64,000 nt of DNA from a virus. The notes below the pieces were generated by a model that was given only the letters and a program-made list of their open reading frames with translations, was not told the origin of the DNA and searched no databases. The number at the start of each line of letters is the position of its first letter. Position 1 is the stretch's first letter. The DNA is taken from positions 1 through 64,000 of IMG/VR virus record IMGVR_UViG_3300017605_000087; one strand, given 5' to 3'. The translations under genes and the position numbers were made by a program. This document shows, in pieces, positions 50,712-61,762 of the stretch.

Positions 50712-51812
50712 TTATAAACTAGCTAATGGGTCTACTGTTTCTTCAACTTTAGGTTCCTCTGTTTTCTCAACAATAGGTTCCACTTTTTCTTCAACCTTAG
50801 CTATTGTTTCACTTTCTTTTTTTAATTCTTCTACTACTTTAGCTTTATATGATAATGGGTCTTGATACTTCAATCCTCTATCATTATATACAGCATCAAG
50901 TCCAGCTAGAATTTTAGTATAAGTATTTCTATGTTCAGCTTTTAATAAAAATGTAACTGCATCTTCTATACTTACTCCTAATCTAACTGTATCTCCTCCC
51001 ATTGGTTGATAAATAATAGTTTCACTATTATCTAATCTTTCAAGTACATTAACGTTCAAACATCTAAATATAAATGCTTTCATCATTAATTGAGGGTCTT
51101 CGCAGAAGTTTTTAAACTTAGTGATTTTTACATTCTCACTATCTTTATCAACTGTTTCAGGAGTTGATAATTTTTCTAGTATAATGTATTTTTCATCTTC
51201 ACTCATATCATACGGAGCATATCCATATAATAATAATACATTATCCAATTTAACTGGGTCTGCAATTAAGTCAAGTCTATATCTTAATGCTTTATTATTA
51301 AGATCAACTCTACTTCTTGCACGTTTGCTTTCTTCTCTCTTATCTTCAATATAAAAAGATATATTGAAACTTGAGTTAATTTCATCAAACTTATTTGCTA
51401 CTCTACTATATCCTAGACAATATTGCCATAGAACATAATTAGCAGGATTTAATGGTTTAACTGTTTTACCAAATACTTTATTGTATCTAGTTATATCACC
51501 ACTTTTGTAATCATCATAGGCTTCTTGAGTTGAATACTCAACACCTACCTCTAATTCTAATCCTGTATCGTATGGTACTTCTACTGTAAGATTATCGAAA
51601 TAATCTGCTACTGCTTGATTCCATCCGGGATTGTTATATGCTGTTCTTATAATATTAGGAAGAAGAACCATTTTTTCTTCTTCTGTAATACAATTTGAAC
51701 CATTTAATGAACCTCCTATTTTTTTCTTTGTAAAAGAAGGATCATCGCCAGTACCTCTCCGTACATCACGGAAAGGTACTTGCTTGATCAAAATTTTTCT
51801 ATACTCTCTCAT
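50712..51812 (-). CDS. Conserved structural protein downstream of MCP
   Basis: crAss-like head-module gene order; PLNPANYVLWQYCL..RVA. Confidence 0.6.
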   Translation of the reverse strand: MREYRKILIKQVPFRDVRRGTGDDPSFTKKKIGGSLNGSNCITEEEKMVLLPNIIRTAYNNPGWNQAVADYFDNLTVEVPYDTGLELEVGVEYSTQEAYDDYKSGDITRYNKVFGKTVKPLNPANYVLWQYCLGYSRVANKFDEINSSFNISFYIEDKREESKRARSRVDLNNKALRYRLDLIADPVKLDNVLLLYGYAPYDMSEDEKYIILEKLSTPETVDKDSENVKITKFKNFCEDPQLMMKAFIFRCLNVNVLERLDNSETIIYQPMGGDTVRLGVSIEDAVTFLLKAEHRNTYTKILAGLDAVYNDRGLKYQDPLSYKAKVVEELKKESETIAKVEEKVEPIVEKTEEPKVEETVDPLASL

Positions 51813-51869
51813 TCTGCGTGTTTTATTTTATTGTTTATATATACATTATAATTTATCACGACACTTATA

Positions 51870-53345
51870 TTAAGATAAGTTACATTTTACATGTAAGCAA
51901 AACTCATTGCGGAAGATGTTTACGGTCTTAGCTCCCAAGTAGTGAACTGAATCACTATCAAGGTCAGTAGAAACTACTTTAGCTTTATTACCTACAACAC
52001 TTGCAGCAAAGTTATCAAAAGGTGCTGGAGCCATACCAATTTCAGCACCAATGATTAATCCACGTCCTTTTTGTTTAACCATTTGTACGTTACGTTTTCC
52101 GTCATATACTGATTGGTCAATAAATACAGCTTCGTGAGAAGTCATTGGTAATCCACTAATAGGATGTCTGTCAGCAGCCTCAGCACGACCTCCAAAGTCG
52201 AATATTGGTGCTTTCACAACAGTCATTTTAGAACCATTGTTATGAACAAATGTTTTGAAGAAACCTCCAAGAACAAGTGCATTAGAACTTCCACTAAGGA
52301 ATTTATCACCTGTTCCACCTTCAATTACTTTCCACTCAGCAGCTTTTGCTTTCATAGCATCATCGAAGTCATTTGCAAATCCTTCTCCACAGTACATTAC
52401 AAACTCTTTATTGTCTGCATCAGTAGCACCGTATGTACTATCACCAATTAATTGATACAATTTCTTGTATGTTAATTGACCATAAGTATCATCATGTGGT
52501 ACTTGTTGGAAAATACCTGCTCCGATTGGAATTGGTAAGCCTGATTCCTCATCAATTAAGTCAATCTCTCCTTGTTCATTTCTGTTATACAAAGATTCCC
52601 ACATCCACTCTTCACACATTTCCATCCACTCCATGTGATGTTGCCACATTTCGTATTCTAACCAAAGGGTAGTTTTCTTACCTGCTCCGGTCATAAATTC
52701 TACTTCAACAATTCTATTTGATACGTTACCATCCCAACGATATGACTTTCTCATAACGTTCAACTGGTTCTTCATCTTTCCTGGGAATTTAGCATTACTT
52801 CTGTTTCCTTTTGATTTAGATTCAGAAACGATACCTGGCCCAGTCATTGACCATTTACTTCCAGCTACTAAGTCTGAGAATGGACAATAGCTATGTTGAT
52901 TACCACTTAATAAGATCAACTTATATTGATAACCATTTGCTACTTGAATTGGTGGAGCCATTACACGGGCTTTTGTACCAGACCTTGATACAATTGGTGA
53001 TTGTTCGATCAACCATCTACTAGCAAATACTACATAGAATGGTGCTCTTCCTACTCCGGGTTTATCAGTAGATACATAACCGTGAGATACTACTACATCA
53101 CTTTTTTTACTTCTTCTTTGTACAGGCCAAGTAAATTGTGCGTCTTGTACTTCACGTCCATCAGTTCCTCCATTTTGTCCTTCTGTTAAAAAGGTTAATG
53201 GGAACTTATCACTGTCACGTCCACCTAAGTGTGTGATAACAGTTGATATTACATCAGGTTGAGTAATTAAGGCATTACTCAGACTGTTTTCATCAGTATA
53301 TCCTTTACTGTCATACCGATCTTTGTAGATAATCTGTCCTTGCAT
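51870..53345 (-). CDS. Major capsid protein
   Basis: 491 aa; YTDENSL, FPLTFLTEG, MKNQL..RKSY, IPIGAGIFQQ; high-expression-style codons (CGT, AAC); follows portal and scaffold. Confidence 0.88.
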   Translation of the reverse strand: MQGQIIYKDRYDSKGYTDENSLSNALITQPDVISTVITHLGGRDSDKFPLTFLTEGQNGGTDGREVQDAQFTWPVQRRSKKSDVVVSHGYVSTDKPGVGRAPFYVVFASRWLIEQSPIVSRSGTKARVMAPPIQVANGYQYKLILLSGNQHSYCPFSDLVAGSKWSMTGPGIVSESKSKGNRSNAKFPGKMKNQLNVMRKSYRWDGNVSNRIVEVEFMTGAGKKTTLWLEYEMWQHHMEWMEMCEEWMWESLYNRNEQGEIDLIDEESGLPIPIGAGIFQQVPHDDTYGQLTYKKLYQLIGDSTYGATDADNKEFVMYCGEGFANDFDDAMKAKAAEWKVIEGGTGDKFLSGSSNALVLGGFFKTFVHNNGSKMTVVKAPIFDFGGRAEAADRHPISGLPMTSHEAVFIDQSVYDGKRNVQMVKQKGRGLIIGAEIGMAPAPFDNFAASVVGNKAKVVSTDLDSDSVHYLGAKTVNIFRNEFCLHVKCNLS

Positions 53346-53387
53346 TTTAATACATTTTTAAATTAGTATTGTTTATTTATTAATATT

Positions 53388-54725
53388 CTATTTTCCTACT
53401 GGTTTTGTTGCATCCCATACAAGTTCATCTAAAGAAGATGGTATATGGTTTGTTTTTTCTATTATTACTTCATTGTTTTCTTTGGTTAAGTTTTCAGTAG
53501 ATTTCATTTTAGTTAATGTTTGTACTTTAGCTACACCATTCAACGTTTGTAATACTGTTTTTAAATCTGTTTTTTTGAAACCATAGATATAATCCAAGAA
53601 CAAGTTCATATCCTTATCTCGTTTCATTGCATCAAGAGCAGCTTGTGAGTGTCCTTTTCCATCCACATCAACAGATATATATTTAAAGAACTCTTCTCTT
53701 TCAGTAACAGGTATTACCATATCACCTATTTTACCTTGTTCTTTTACTTGTTTTCCAATTCCATCCCAGTGTTCTTGGATTTGTTGTATTTGTTGATCTC
53801 TTTCAGTTTTAAGACGATTCATTTCATTTGTCTTATCCTGAGTTTGTTTAGCAGCTAACGCATCAACAGCAGCTTTAGCTTGTACATCTAATTGTTTTCC
53901 TTCTTTTGCGTATGTTGCTATTTGTTTCGCTTGTTCTTCAGGAATGCCATTATTAACATGGAAATTTACAATTACATTAAACTTCTGATCTTCTGCTAAT
54001 GCTTTAACATCAACTTTACTATAATCAATTTCCTGTTTGAAATATTTACTTGGGTCACCACCCATCATTCTATACTTAGTATATTCTTCTACATCTGGCA
54101 ATGCTTTGAATAAACTTTGAACTCCTATTTTCTGACTTTCTTTTACTACATCAGCTAGGTACTGATTTCTACCTTCTTCGGTAGCTTCATAGACTTTTGG
54201 TTTTCCATCTTCTCCTAGTGGTTTAATCCCCACTACGTTTATCATATTATCTAAATAAGCTCTATTCTCATTTTCAATAGTTTCTATTTCTATCGCTTCT
54301 TTAGTTTTAATGATAGTTCCTTTATCATCTACTTGATTACCTTTGTCATCAAACTTAGGTTTATTTTTTTCTTCTTCTGCCTTAGCAGCATCTAAGTCTG
54401 CTTTAGATTTAACAACTTCTTTTTTATCATTTAGAAGATCACCTTTTTCATTAAATGATACTCCTCCAAATTTATCAGCTATTGCTTTATCTTCTGCACT
54501 TAGTTGTACACCTTCAGTTTTTTCTTCTACTTTCTTTTCTTCAGTTTTTACAACTGGTTCAGTTTTCTCGATAGTTTTTTCTGTTCCATCAAGTTTTACT
54601 TCTTTGGCTTCTTCTAATTTGCCATTATTTCCAAACAAATCATTTTCAGTAATGATGGGAACCGTGTTCAACACGATAATACTACCGAATGGTTTAGAAT
54701 CTTTGATTGGCATATTTTTGTCCAT
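53388..54725 (-). CDS. Putative scaffolding protein
   Basis: E/K-rich and helical; lies between portal and MCP. Confidence 0.65.
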   Translation of the reverse strand: MDKNMPIKDSKPFGSIIVLNTVPIITENDLFGNNGKLEEAKEVKLDGTEKTIEKTEPVVKTEEKKVEEKTEGVQLSAEDKAIADKFGGVSFNEKGDLLNDKKEVVKSKADLDAAKAEEEKNKPKFDDKGNQVDDKGTIIKTKEAIEIETIENENRAYLDNMINVVGIKPLGEDGKPKVYEATEEGRNQYLADVVKESQKIGVQSLFKALPDVEEYTKYRMMGGDPSKYFKQEIDYSKVDVKALAEDQKFNVIVNFHVNNGIPEEQAKQIATYAKEGKQLDVQAKAAVDALAAKQTQDKTNEMNRLKTERDQQIQQIQEHWDGIGKQVKEQGKIGDMVIPVTEREEFFKYISVDVDGKGHSQAALDAMKRDKDMNLFLDYIYGFKKTDLKTVLQTLNGVAKVQTLTKMKSTENLTKENNEVIIEKTNHIPSSLDELVWDATKPVGK

Positions 54726-54729
54726 ACGT

Positions 54730-54760
54730 CAAATGTATTTAATTGTTTATATATATCAAA
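54730..54760 (-). promoter_or_regulatory. Bacteroidota sigma-A-type promoter for scaffold/MCP
   Basis: Minus strand TTTG-N19-TACATTTG; a second TACATTTG at 54773-54780. Confidence 0.7.
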
Positions 54761-54828
54761 ATTAATAATTTACAAATGTAAACAATAATCAATAACATAT
54801 ACGCTTTTTTTGAAAAAAAATTTACACA

Positions 54829-57219
54829 TTATTGACTTTTATTTTCTTTTGCTACTTTCTCTTTACTTTGTCTATCCTTTTCTTTATCATTCATCTTATC
54901 ATTATGAATAATCATCTTGTTATTCTCTTGCATCAACTTATTACTACTATCAGTAAAGCTACTTATATTATTCATAGTTGCATCAGTAATAGCATTTATG
55001 TCAACCAATTCTTCTGGAGTAAAATCTGTATTCTCCATTCCTTCCGCTTTAATTGCTGCAACTTTAACAGCAGTAATGTTTTTCTTATCAGCTATTCTTT
55101 CAGTTCTATCTCCTTCTTCTTTAGTTGCTGCGAGAGTAGCTTGATTAATTCTTTCATTACTATCTGTGATTTGTTTTTGTTTAGCCATTTCATATTCTCT
55201 TAGAATAGCAGTATATTTTCTAAATGCTGCTTTCAAACTAGCTACATTTTTAGCTTCTGCTACTTCTGCTAACATTTCAGGGTCACGGTCATTTTGTGCC
55301 ATACTGAATCCCCATTGTTTCAGAATATTTAAACTTTCTGCTTCAGTAGATGTATCCCTAACAAATATTCCATATTCAGTTGCAGCATGTTCCATTCCAT
55401 CAATATCAACTTCATATATCTTACCAGTAGGATTTACAAATGCTCCTCTCTTACCATCTATCCAAGCTACCTTGCTATAATCAATTAATCCATTTAGTTC
55501 TGATTCTATAAACTCATCGAATAATCTAAACAACTCTCTACTTGTTGTGAATGACCTTACAATAGCTTCTTGTGTAGTTCCTTTACCAGCACTTTGAGTT
55601 ACCTCTCCCATACGTTGTGGATTGAATCCAATAGAAGAATAAAACTCTTGTTTCAATCTTTCTATTAATTCATGTAACTGAATTATATGAGAAGCTAAAC
55701 TCATGTCTACATCTTTTAATGCTTGAATAGCAGCAGCAAAGTTAGGATTAGTTTCATCTATAAATAAATATCCTAGAGCATCTCCATAATACATAAATTT
55801 ATCTTCATCCCATCCTTCTTCACTAGGTATTAAACCTTTAGGAATAAGAAGTAATTTGCCTTTATTTTTGTTTACTTCTTTTTCTAACTGGTATCTCAAT
55901 ATATTAATTAAAACCTGCCATTGTATTCCCCTTGTTCCCCAACTATAAGTTCTTCCATCATTAGTTAATTTAACTAATCCATTATAAGGAAGTTTACAAA
56001 TAGATTTATTATCTATTTCATTTCTTTGTATTGCAACTGGTCTTCCTCTTAAATGTATATGATGTCCTTGACTTAAATCAATTCTAGTTCCTTCCCATAC
56101 TTGGTCTATCCAATATTTCTCCATCGAAATATCTCCAGCTTCTTTATTTAGAACATAAGTTTCATCCACACATTTTTTATCTACTTTACCAGTTATAGGA
56201 TTATTAAATGTAACTTCATAATAACATCTTAAACTTTTCCATGTTCCATGATATACATTAAACCTATCACCACTATGTTCATTCCAATTAAACTTAGCTA
56301 TCTTCTCACCTAAGTTGACGGAAGATTCAATCCAGTTAGGATTAACACTTCCTGTGCCAAACCCTCCCTTCAATGAATCCTCCATTAATTTTATAGGGTC
56401 ATATTTATCTGTGGTAATAGCGGCTAAATCCCTATAATATAAGTCAACAATTTCAGGTATAGTTAACCTTCTAAGTCTTATTGCAGCATACCCATCTTCT
56501 AATAAGTTACTACCTTTCGCCATAAAAGGATAAATTTCATGTACTGGTACTTCATCATATATAATGTTTTCTCCATCTACATCTTTATATGAAAAGCATT
56601 GATTTACTTTTAAGAAAGCATCAAACATCTGCTGATGTTTACTTCTTAATCTATTCTCTGCTTTAATTGTTTCTATCTTCTCTTGTCCATCAATTGCTTT
56701 CTTTTCACTTAATGTAGCATAGAATAACTTATCTTTCTTTTTATAATCTTCTATCTTCTCCTGACCCATCTTAGTATCCATCCCAAGTTTATTAAGATTA
56801 TTAATGAAGTCTTGTTCAAGTAAACCATCCATTTCTTTATTATGTACATCTATCATTCCACTCTCTACTTGCTTATTCATACATACTACTTGTGTAGTAT
56901 CTGGTTCATTAGACTTCTCTCCTAATGCTGTTTCAAATATAATACTTAATATATCATAATTTCTCAGCCTTGATGGAAACTTCAATAGTTCCTTCTTTCC
57001 TTTTACCGAGTATGGATTTAAAACGTATGAATATCCAGATTCATCAATTAATCCTTCACAAGCCTTTAGAAGCATAAGTAGTTCTTGTTTACTACCTACA
57101 TTTCCATCTAATACTTGGTCAGCATAATAATCAATACAATCCATCCACCACGTTCTTCCATCTGCTCGTTTCTGCATTTTCTCCTGGTAAGATACTTTTT
57201 GCTTAGGAAACTCTCTCAT
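54829..57219 (-). CDS. Portal protein
   Basis: FPKQKV, FPSRLRNYDI, WIDQVWEG, KLPYNG, GFNPQRMG; follows TerL. Confidence 0.88.
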   Translation of the reverse strand: MREFPKQKVSYQEKMQKRADGRTWWMDCIDYYADQVLDGNVGSKQELLMLLKACEGLIDESGYSYVLNPYSVKGKKELLKFPSRLRNYDILSIIFETALGEKSNEPDTTQVVCMNKQVESGMIDVHNKEMDGLLEQDFINNLNKLGMDTKMGQEKIEDYKKKDKLFYATLSEKKAIDGQEKIETIKAENRLRSKHQQMFDAFLKVNQCFSYKDVDGENIIYDEVPVHEIYPFMAKGSNLLEDGYAAIRLRRLTIPEIVDLYYRDLAAITTDKYDPIKLMEDSLKGGFGTGSVNPNWIESSVNLGEKIAKFNWNEHSGDRFNVYHGTWKSLRCYYEVTFNNPITGKVDKKCVDETYVLNKEAGDISMEKYWIDQVWEGTRIDLSQGHHIHLRGRPVAIQRNEIDNKSICKLPYNGLVKLTNDGRTYSWGTRGIQWQVLINILRYQLEKEVNKNKGKLLLIPKGLIPSEEGWDEDKFMYYGDALGYLFIDETNPNFAAAIQALKDVDMSLASHIIQLHELIERLKQEFYSSIGFNPQRMGEVTQSAGKGTTQEAIVRSFTTSRELFRLFDEFIESELNGLIDYSKVAWIDGKRGAFVNPTGKIYEVDIDGMEHAATEYGIFVRDTSTEAESLNILKQWGFSMAQNDRDPEMLAEVAEAKNVASLKAAFRKYTAILREYEMAKQKQITDSNERINQATLAATKEEGDRTERIADKKNITAVKVAAIKAEGMENTDFTPEELVDINAITDATMNNISSFTDSSNKLMQENNKMIIHNDKMNDKEKDRQSKEKVAKENKSQ

Positions 57220-57241
57220 TTTATTTGTATATTAGTTGAAG

Positions 57242-59404
57242 TTATTTATATAATCCTCTATTAAAGAAACTATCATTATTAGTAGAAACTGTTTGAACTC
57301 TTACTGGTATTCCTCTTTCCTCTTCTATATCAAACATACCTACTAACATACATGAGATAGCATCTAAGTTTTTCTTAATTGAATATTTCTGTATTTGGTC
57401 TAATAAATAGCCACAATATATTCTATGGTAGTTATACATTACCTTTCCAGTTGTATCACTCTTTGTAATCTCTTTCTCTAAAAACTCTTTAAATAATGGT
57501 AGTGCTGCATCTTTTCTATCTTCGTTCATTGATATACCAAACTCTCTACCATACTTCTTTGCTAAGTTCTTATCCCAGTTAATATTTGGTTCTTTCTTTA
57601 ATAAATGTAAAGCACCCATAGCTTTAGCATTATTTTTCACATTTCCTCTATCATTCTCAAACAATACTTTAGCATTAAAATAAGCTAATAATCTAAACAT
57701 GTTTCTGTCATACTCTTCCATAGTAGCAGGTCTTCCTATATACCATCCTACTATTATTCCTCCTCTACTAGGTGTAAATACATTTGGTTTCTCATATATA
57801 AATGTTACTCCCAAACTATTCTTTATAGTTAAGTTTTTCTTATCCTTATCTATACCAAATGGGTCATTCCATGCTGTATATAAATTATCAGGTATTCTAC
57901 CATTAGCATCTCTATATGGTTCTTGTATTAATGTAATACACCCAGTTAAATCTTTTACATTTCCTTTTATTGGATATTCCTTAATTGGTGTACATCTTTT
58001 GTCTTCTTCAAATACTAATGTTTGTCTTCCACTAACTTCTCTCTCCCTTATCCATCCATTCTTTAATCTAGCTTTAATAGCATAATCATGTTCAAGTCTT
58101 AACTGTTGATCGCTTACATCAGGAAAGTATCCACTACTAGATTCAGCAAATACTTCTTTAGGTTTCATAGCCCTTTCAGACTTCCAACCCATATAATCAT
58201 TAATACTCTTGCTTACTCCCTTTTGATATTCATCTTCTATCCTAGCATATTCCAATGACATTTCTTTCATTGTATTACCATCCTTATCTATGAATGGTTC
58301 TAAGTTCTTCCAATATGGAAAGAAGTTTCCACTACCACTAAACTCATCTATTGTTTCATCTTCCCATTGATCTTTAAATGCTAAACATTTCCACTCATTA
58401 GGATTATAGAATATTTCCATAAATGGTTCCCAATTTGTATCCTTATCAGGATTACCACCAGTTCCCCATAATACCATTTGTCCGGTTATGAAAGCTCCAC
58501 TTTCCAAGGTAGGTAACATTGCTTTTATAACTTGTTTTAAATTAGGGAATGATTGACACTCTTCAAACTTTAGTTTCTTTCCATCAACTCCCCTTCCTGG
58601 TTCTGCTGTATCTTTAAATGTTACAGGTCTTAGAATACTTTGGAATCCATCTTCTACATTAGTTCCTTGTGGAGTAAATCCTAATTTAACTTCCTCCTCT
58701 ATATTCCATTTTAAATAACCTCTATTAAAGTCTGTATGTTTCTCGAAATGGTCTAAATATCCTTTAGCCATATTCATAATCCTTCTACCTCCTACAAGAT
58801 AATCCATTTGATAAGCACCTGCAACACATGTTACAAAAGGATTCATATTAACTTCTAATGCTAAATCAAATCCTTCAAAGTAACTAAATCCTTTACGTCT
58901 TGCTTTAGTTCCTATTAAATGTAATCCTATACTCTTTGCATATCTCTTTGCTGTTTCTAATTGATAGTGTCCATCCCAAAAGTCTGGGAACCCCATAAAT
59001 TTATCAGCAGCTTTTAATTCACTATTTGTTACCTTTAATATATCCTTTAAATCTTTTAAGTCGTCATATACATTCTTTACTCTTTGAATTAAAGCATAAT
59101 TCATAAAGCCATAATGTGACCCTGATATATGTACTTCTTTTATCTTTCCATTAACTAATTGTCCGGGTAATGTTACTCCATGTAATAGTTTCCTTTCTTC
59201 TTCATCCCAAAATTCTTTAAAATCTAAACTATCAGGTGGTGCTTTAGTATATACTCCATGTTTCATAAAGTATTTACCAACCCTTGTTAATTCAGATGTA
59301 TTCATAAATGATACATCTTCTGGTACATATAGTCCAGTTCCTCTATTAGGAAGTAATAGCTTTTGATTGTATCTATCTACTATTTCATCTACTACTTCTT
59401 CCAT
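57242..59404 (-). CDS. terL: Terminase large subunit
   Basis: Walker A-like KARRKGFSY, Walker B-like KFEE, WGTGG, nuclease DPFG, FENDRG, NLDAIS. Confidence 0.92.
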   Translation of the reverse strand: MEEVVDEIVDRYNQKLLLPNRGTGLYVPEDVSFMNTSELTRVGKYFMKHGVYTKAPPDSLDFKEFWDEEERKLLHGVTLPGQLVNGKIKEVHISGSHYGFMNYALIQRVKNVYDDLKDLKDILKVTNSELKAADKFMGFPDFWDGHYQLETAKRYAKSIGLHLIGTKARRKGFSYFEGFDLALEVNMNPFVTCVAGAYQMDYLVGGRRIMNMAKGYLDHFEKHTDFNRGYLKWNIEEEVKLGFTPQGTNVEDGFQSILRPVTFKDTAEPGRGVDGKKLKFEECQSFPNLKQVIKAMLPTLESGAFITGQMVLWGTGGNPDKDTNWEPFMEIFYNPNEWKCLAFKDQWEDETIDEFSGSGNFFPYWKNLEPFIDKDGNTMKEMSLEYARIEDEYQKGVSKSINDYMGWKSERAMKPKEVFAESSSGYFPDVSDQQLRLEHDYAIKARLKNGWIREREVSGRQTLVFEEDKRCTPIKEYPIKGNVKDLTGCITLIQEPYRDANGRIPDNLYTAWNDPFGIDKDKKNLTIKNSLGVTFIYEKPNVFTPSRGGIIVGWYIGRPATMEEYDRNMFRLLAYFNAKVLFENDRGNVKNNAKAMGALHLLKKEPNINWDKNLAKKYGREFGISMNEDRKDAALPLFKEFLEKEITKSDTTGKVMYNYHRIYCGYLLDQIQKYSIKKNLDAISCMLVGMFDIEEERGIPVRVQTVSTNNDSFFNRGLYK

Positions 59405-60066
59405 TATCCATGATTTCTTTTAGGAGTTGCTCTATTGCCTATTGGTTTCTTACCTTTACTATACATTACTTTTCTTATTTTAGTAACCACCTCTTTCTCA
59501 TACTCCTCAATATTTTTAATAGCAGCAGGTACAGACTTGCTTAAATCCATTAAGTCTTTCATTGCGTTTACTGCTAATTCCAAATCTTTTATCTCTGGTT
59601 TCTGTCCATTCTCTTTAGCTTTCATTACTGCTTGAATGTTCTCATTACAGAAATCTATAATTAAGGTGCTAGAATATAACCCCTGTTTTAATCCTTTAAT
59701 AATACGTACATCATCACTACAAGCATAATATTCATTATATGCTCTACGTGCATCTTTAATTTCCTTATCCTCTTTCCAATCTTCTATACTTTCATTCTTT
59801 CTTTTTAACCAATATGGTATATCTGTTTTAGCTAATGCTAAGTATCTTCTCTCCATTTCAGGTTCAGATATATAAGGACTTCTAAAATCTTCCATAAACC
59901 ATACATACTTAAACGCCTCCTCATTCCATAACTTTTTCTTTCCCTCACTATCCTTATTTACATTGTATCTTATATGCCATAATGCTTTAAACTCTGGAAT
60001 GAGTTTAACTTCTTGTATATCGAATACAAGATCACCATCGTCATTTACATCCCAGAGTTTATACAT
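59404..60066 (-). CDS. Conserved protein upstream of TerL (possible small terminase)
   Basis: TAATG-coupled to TerL; DFRSPY motif; helical. Confidence 0.5.
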   Translation of the reverse strand: MYKLWDVNDDGDLVFDIQEVKLIPEFKALWHIRYNVNKDSEGKKKLWNEEAFKYVWFMEDFRSPYISEPEMERRYLALAKTDIPYWLKRKNESIEDWKEDKEIKDARRAYNEYYACSDDVRIIKGLKQGLYSSTLIIDFCNENIQAVMKAKENGQKPEIKDLELAVNAMKDLMDLSKSVPAAIKNIEEYEKEVVTKIRKVMYSKGKKPIGNRATPKRNHG

Positions 60067-60073
60067 CTTCTTC

Positions 60074-60742
60074 CTATTTATCTAATGTTGGTCTAACTTC
60101 AGTAACAATATATTGTAAAGCACAATATTTAGATGTTCCTTTTAACATACCATCTACTAGTCTGAATCTTTGTCCTGGGTCAGTTCCTTTATTAAGGAAA
60201 CTAGTTCCTGGGTCATAGAATCTATATGATACTTTCCCTTCATGGTCATACATTCTATCTACAATTACAACGAAGTGGCTTGTAGCTCTATTAGCATTAC
60301 CAACACTTTCTTTCTTACGATTTACTCCAATCAATACTGGTTTCTTTTCATCTAACATTTTATCAAGTAATGCTAATCCTTCTTCAAGTCTTTTATCTGG
60401 AACTACATTTAATTTATCATCAAACTCTCCAGTTTCAATTCTCTTATCAGCATTAACAGTTTTGAATCCCGCATCAGTAATCATAAGTTTACTTGCAGCA
60501 CAACAAGCTATTTGCTCATCATGTTGATCGTGGTCGCCATCTCCATCTATATCTCCAACACGTTTACTGAACTGTGTTTGAAATTTAACAATAGATGATA
60601 GGTCAACATTTTTAGATGGTACATTTACATGTTCCTTCACTCCTTCTTTTTTAACTGCTTGTTTCTTTGTTGTAGCTTTAATTTGTTCTTTCTTCTGATT
60701 TAGTTCATTCTCTGCTGAACCATCAGTTGTTTGCTTTGCCAT
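60074..60742 (-). CDS. Papain-fold (C39-like) cysteine peptidase
   Basis: Q...ACCAAS (Cys), KPVLIGV, HFVVIV (His), FYDPG (Asp). Confidence 0.7.
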   Translation of the reverse strand: MAKQTTDGSAENELNQKKEQIKATTKKQAVKKEGVKEHVNVPSKNVDLSSIVKFQTQFSKRVGDIDGDGDHDQHDEQIACCAASKLMITDAGFKTVNADKRIETGEFDDKLNVVPDKRLEEGLALLDKMLDEKKPVLIGVNRKKESVGNANRATSHFVVIVDRMYDHEGKVSYRFYDPGTSFLNKGTDPGQRFRLVDGMLKGTSKYCALQYIVTEVRPTLDK

Positions 60743-60753
60743 ATTATTGAGTT

Positions 60754-61743
60754 TTAAATTACTATTTCATTCTGTAATCTTTGTTTCTCTTCTTTCTTTA
60801 ATCCTAAAAAGTTTATTACAGCTTTAGCTTCATTCTTTAAATAAGGCATTTTGTGCCATGTTATATCATCTGCAATTATTATTCCAGTATCAGTTTTATT
60901 TCCTCTTATATGACATAATTGCAATCCATCTACTTCTAACTTCATTCCCCACATCTCACATATATAAGCATATATACTTAATTGTAAAGCATACTTATTT
61001 CCTATACTATTATCTAAATGACAAAGTGGGTATAGCATCTTTTCTCTTGTGCTTACCCACTCAGTCGTTATTATACTACTTCCATCAGGCATTGTTTGTT
61101 TCTTATAATACCCTGCCTCAAATCTAAATGGACTCTTATTAGTCTTCCAATCTTTTATCCTAAATGTTCCATACTTAGATACTATAAGATTGTCTATCAT
61201 TCCAGCTAAGAACGGCCAATTCAAATATACTATCTTCTCAGTATGTATTGTATATCCCGCATCTATATCTTCTTTCACTCTTTCAAAGACTTCAGGAAAC
61301 TGTTTCTTAATCCTTCTATATGCTCTTATATCTTCTCCTTCTATTTCAGCTTTATCTCCCTGTATTAATTTTACTGTCGCATTAGTACCATCCTCTATTT
61401 GCTTATGTATCTCAGTTCCCTTAACACATGCAATTTCCTTTAAGTGTTCCCACTCTCCTTTTATATGAGAAGTAGATACACTTAAAGGTATATTAAATGA
61501 CTGCGATAATAAATCTTTGATAGTTACTTTGATGTTATCTATATAGATACTTTCCCAAGCTACTGTATCAGGTCTTACTTTATACCCGCTACGTTTTAAT
61601 GCTCCATATAGTAACCAGTATTCTTCTCTGAATTTCGGAGTAACCAATCCGATAGTTGTGGTAACAGATATGTACCTATTACCTAGTTCATCACTATAAA
61701 TATGTTCTGGTTCTTTTAGAACCACATTTCTCTTTACGAGCAT
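60754..61743 (-). CDS. PD-(D/E)XK exonuclease
   Basis: HIY...YISVTT, KGTEIH, EKIV, AGMID, IKDWKTN, YALQLSIY. Confidence 0.85.
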   Translation of the reverse strand: MLVKRNVVLKEPEHIYSDELGNRYISVTTTIGLVTPKFREEYWLLYGALKRSGYKVRPDTVAWESIYIDNIKVTIKDLLSQSFNIPLSVSTSHIKGEWEHLKEIACVKGTEIHKQIEDGTNATVKLIQGDKAEIEGEDIRAYRRIKKQFPEVFERVKEDIDAGYTIHTEKIVYLNWPFLAGMIDNLIVSKYGTFRIKDWKTNKSPFRFEAGYYKKQTMPDGSSIITTEWVSTREKMLYPLCHLDNSIGNKYALQLSIYAYICEMWGMKLEVDGLQLCHIRGNKTDTGIIIADDITWHKMPYLKNEAKAVINFLGLKKEEKQRLQNEIVI

Positions 61744-61762
61744 AAGGTATTGAATCCAATAC

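Noticed and set aside
57242-59404. Inteins or introns in TerL, RNAP or MCP
   Set aside because: ORFs are continuous, with no C...HN intein termini or homing-endonuclease motifs; the RNAP has no Cys at all.
13175-61468. Numerous short + strand ORFs inside the late module, and short - strand ORFs in the first 13 kb
   Set aside because: They are antisense shadows of long genes with Ser/Leu/Phe/Ile-biased composition and no motifs.
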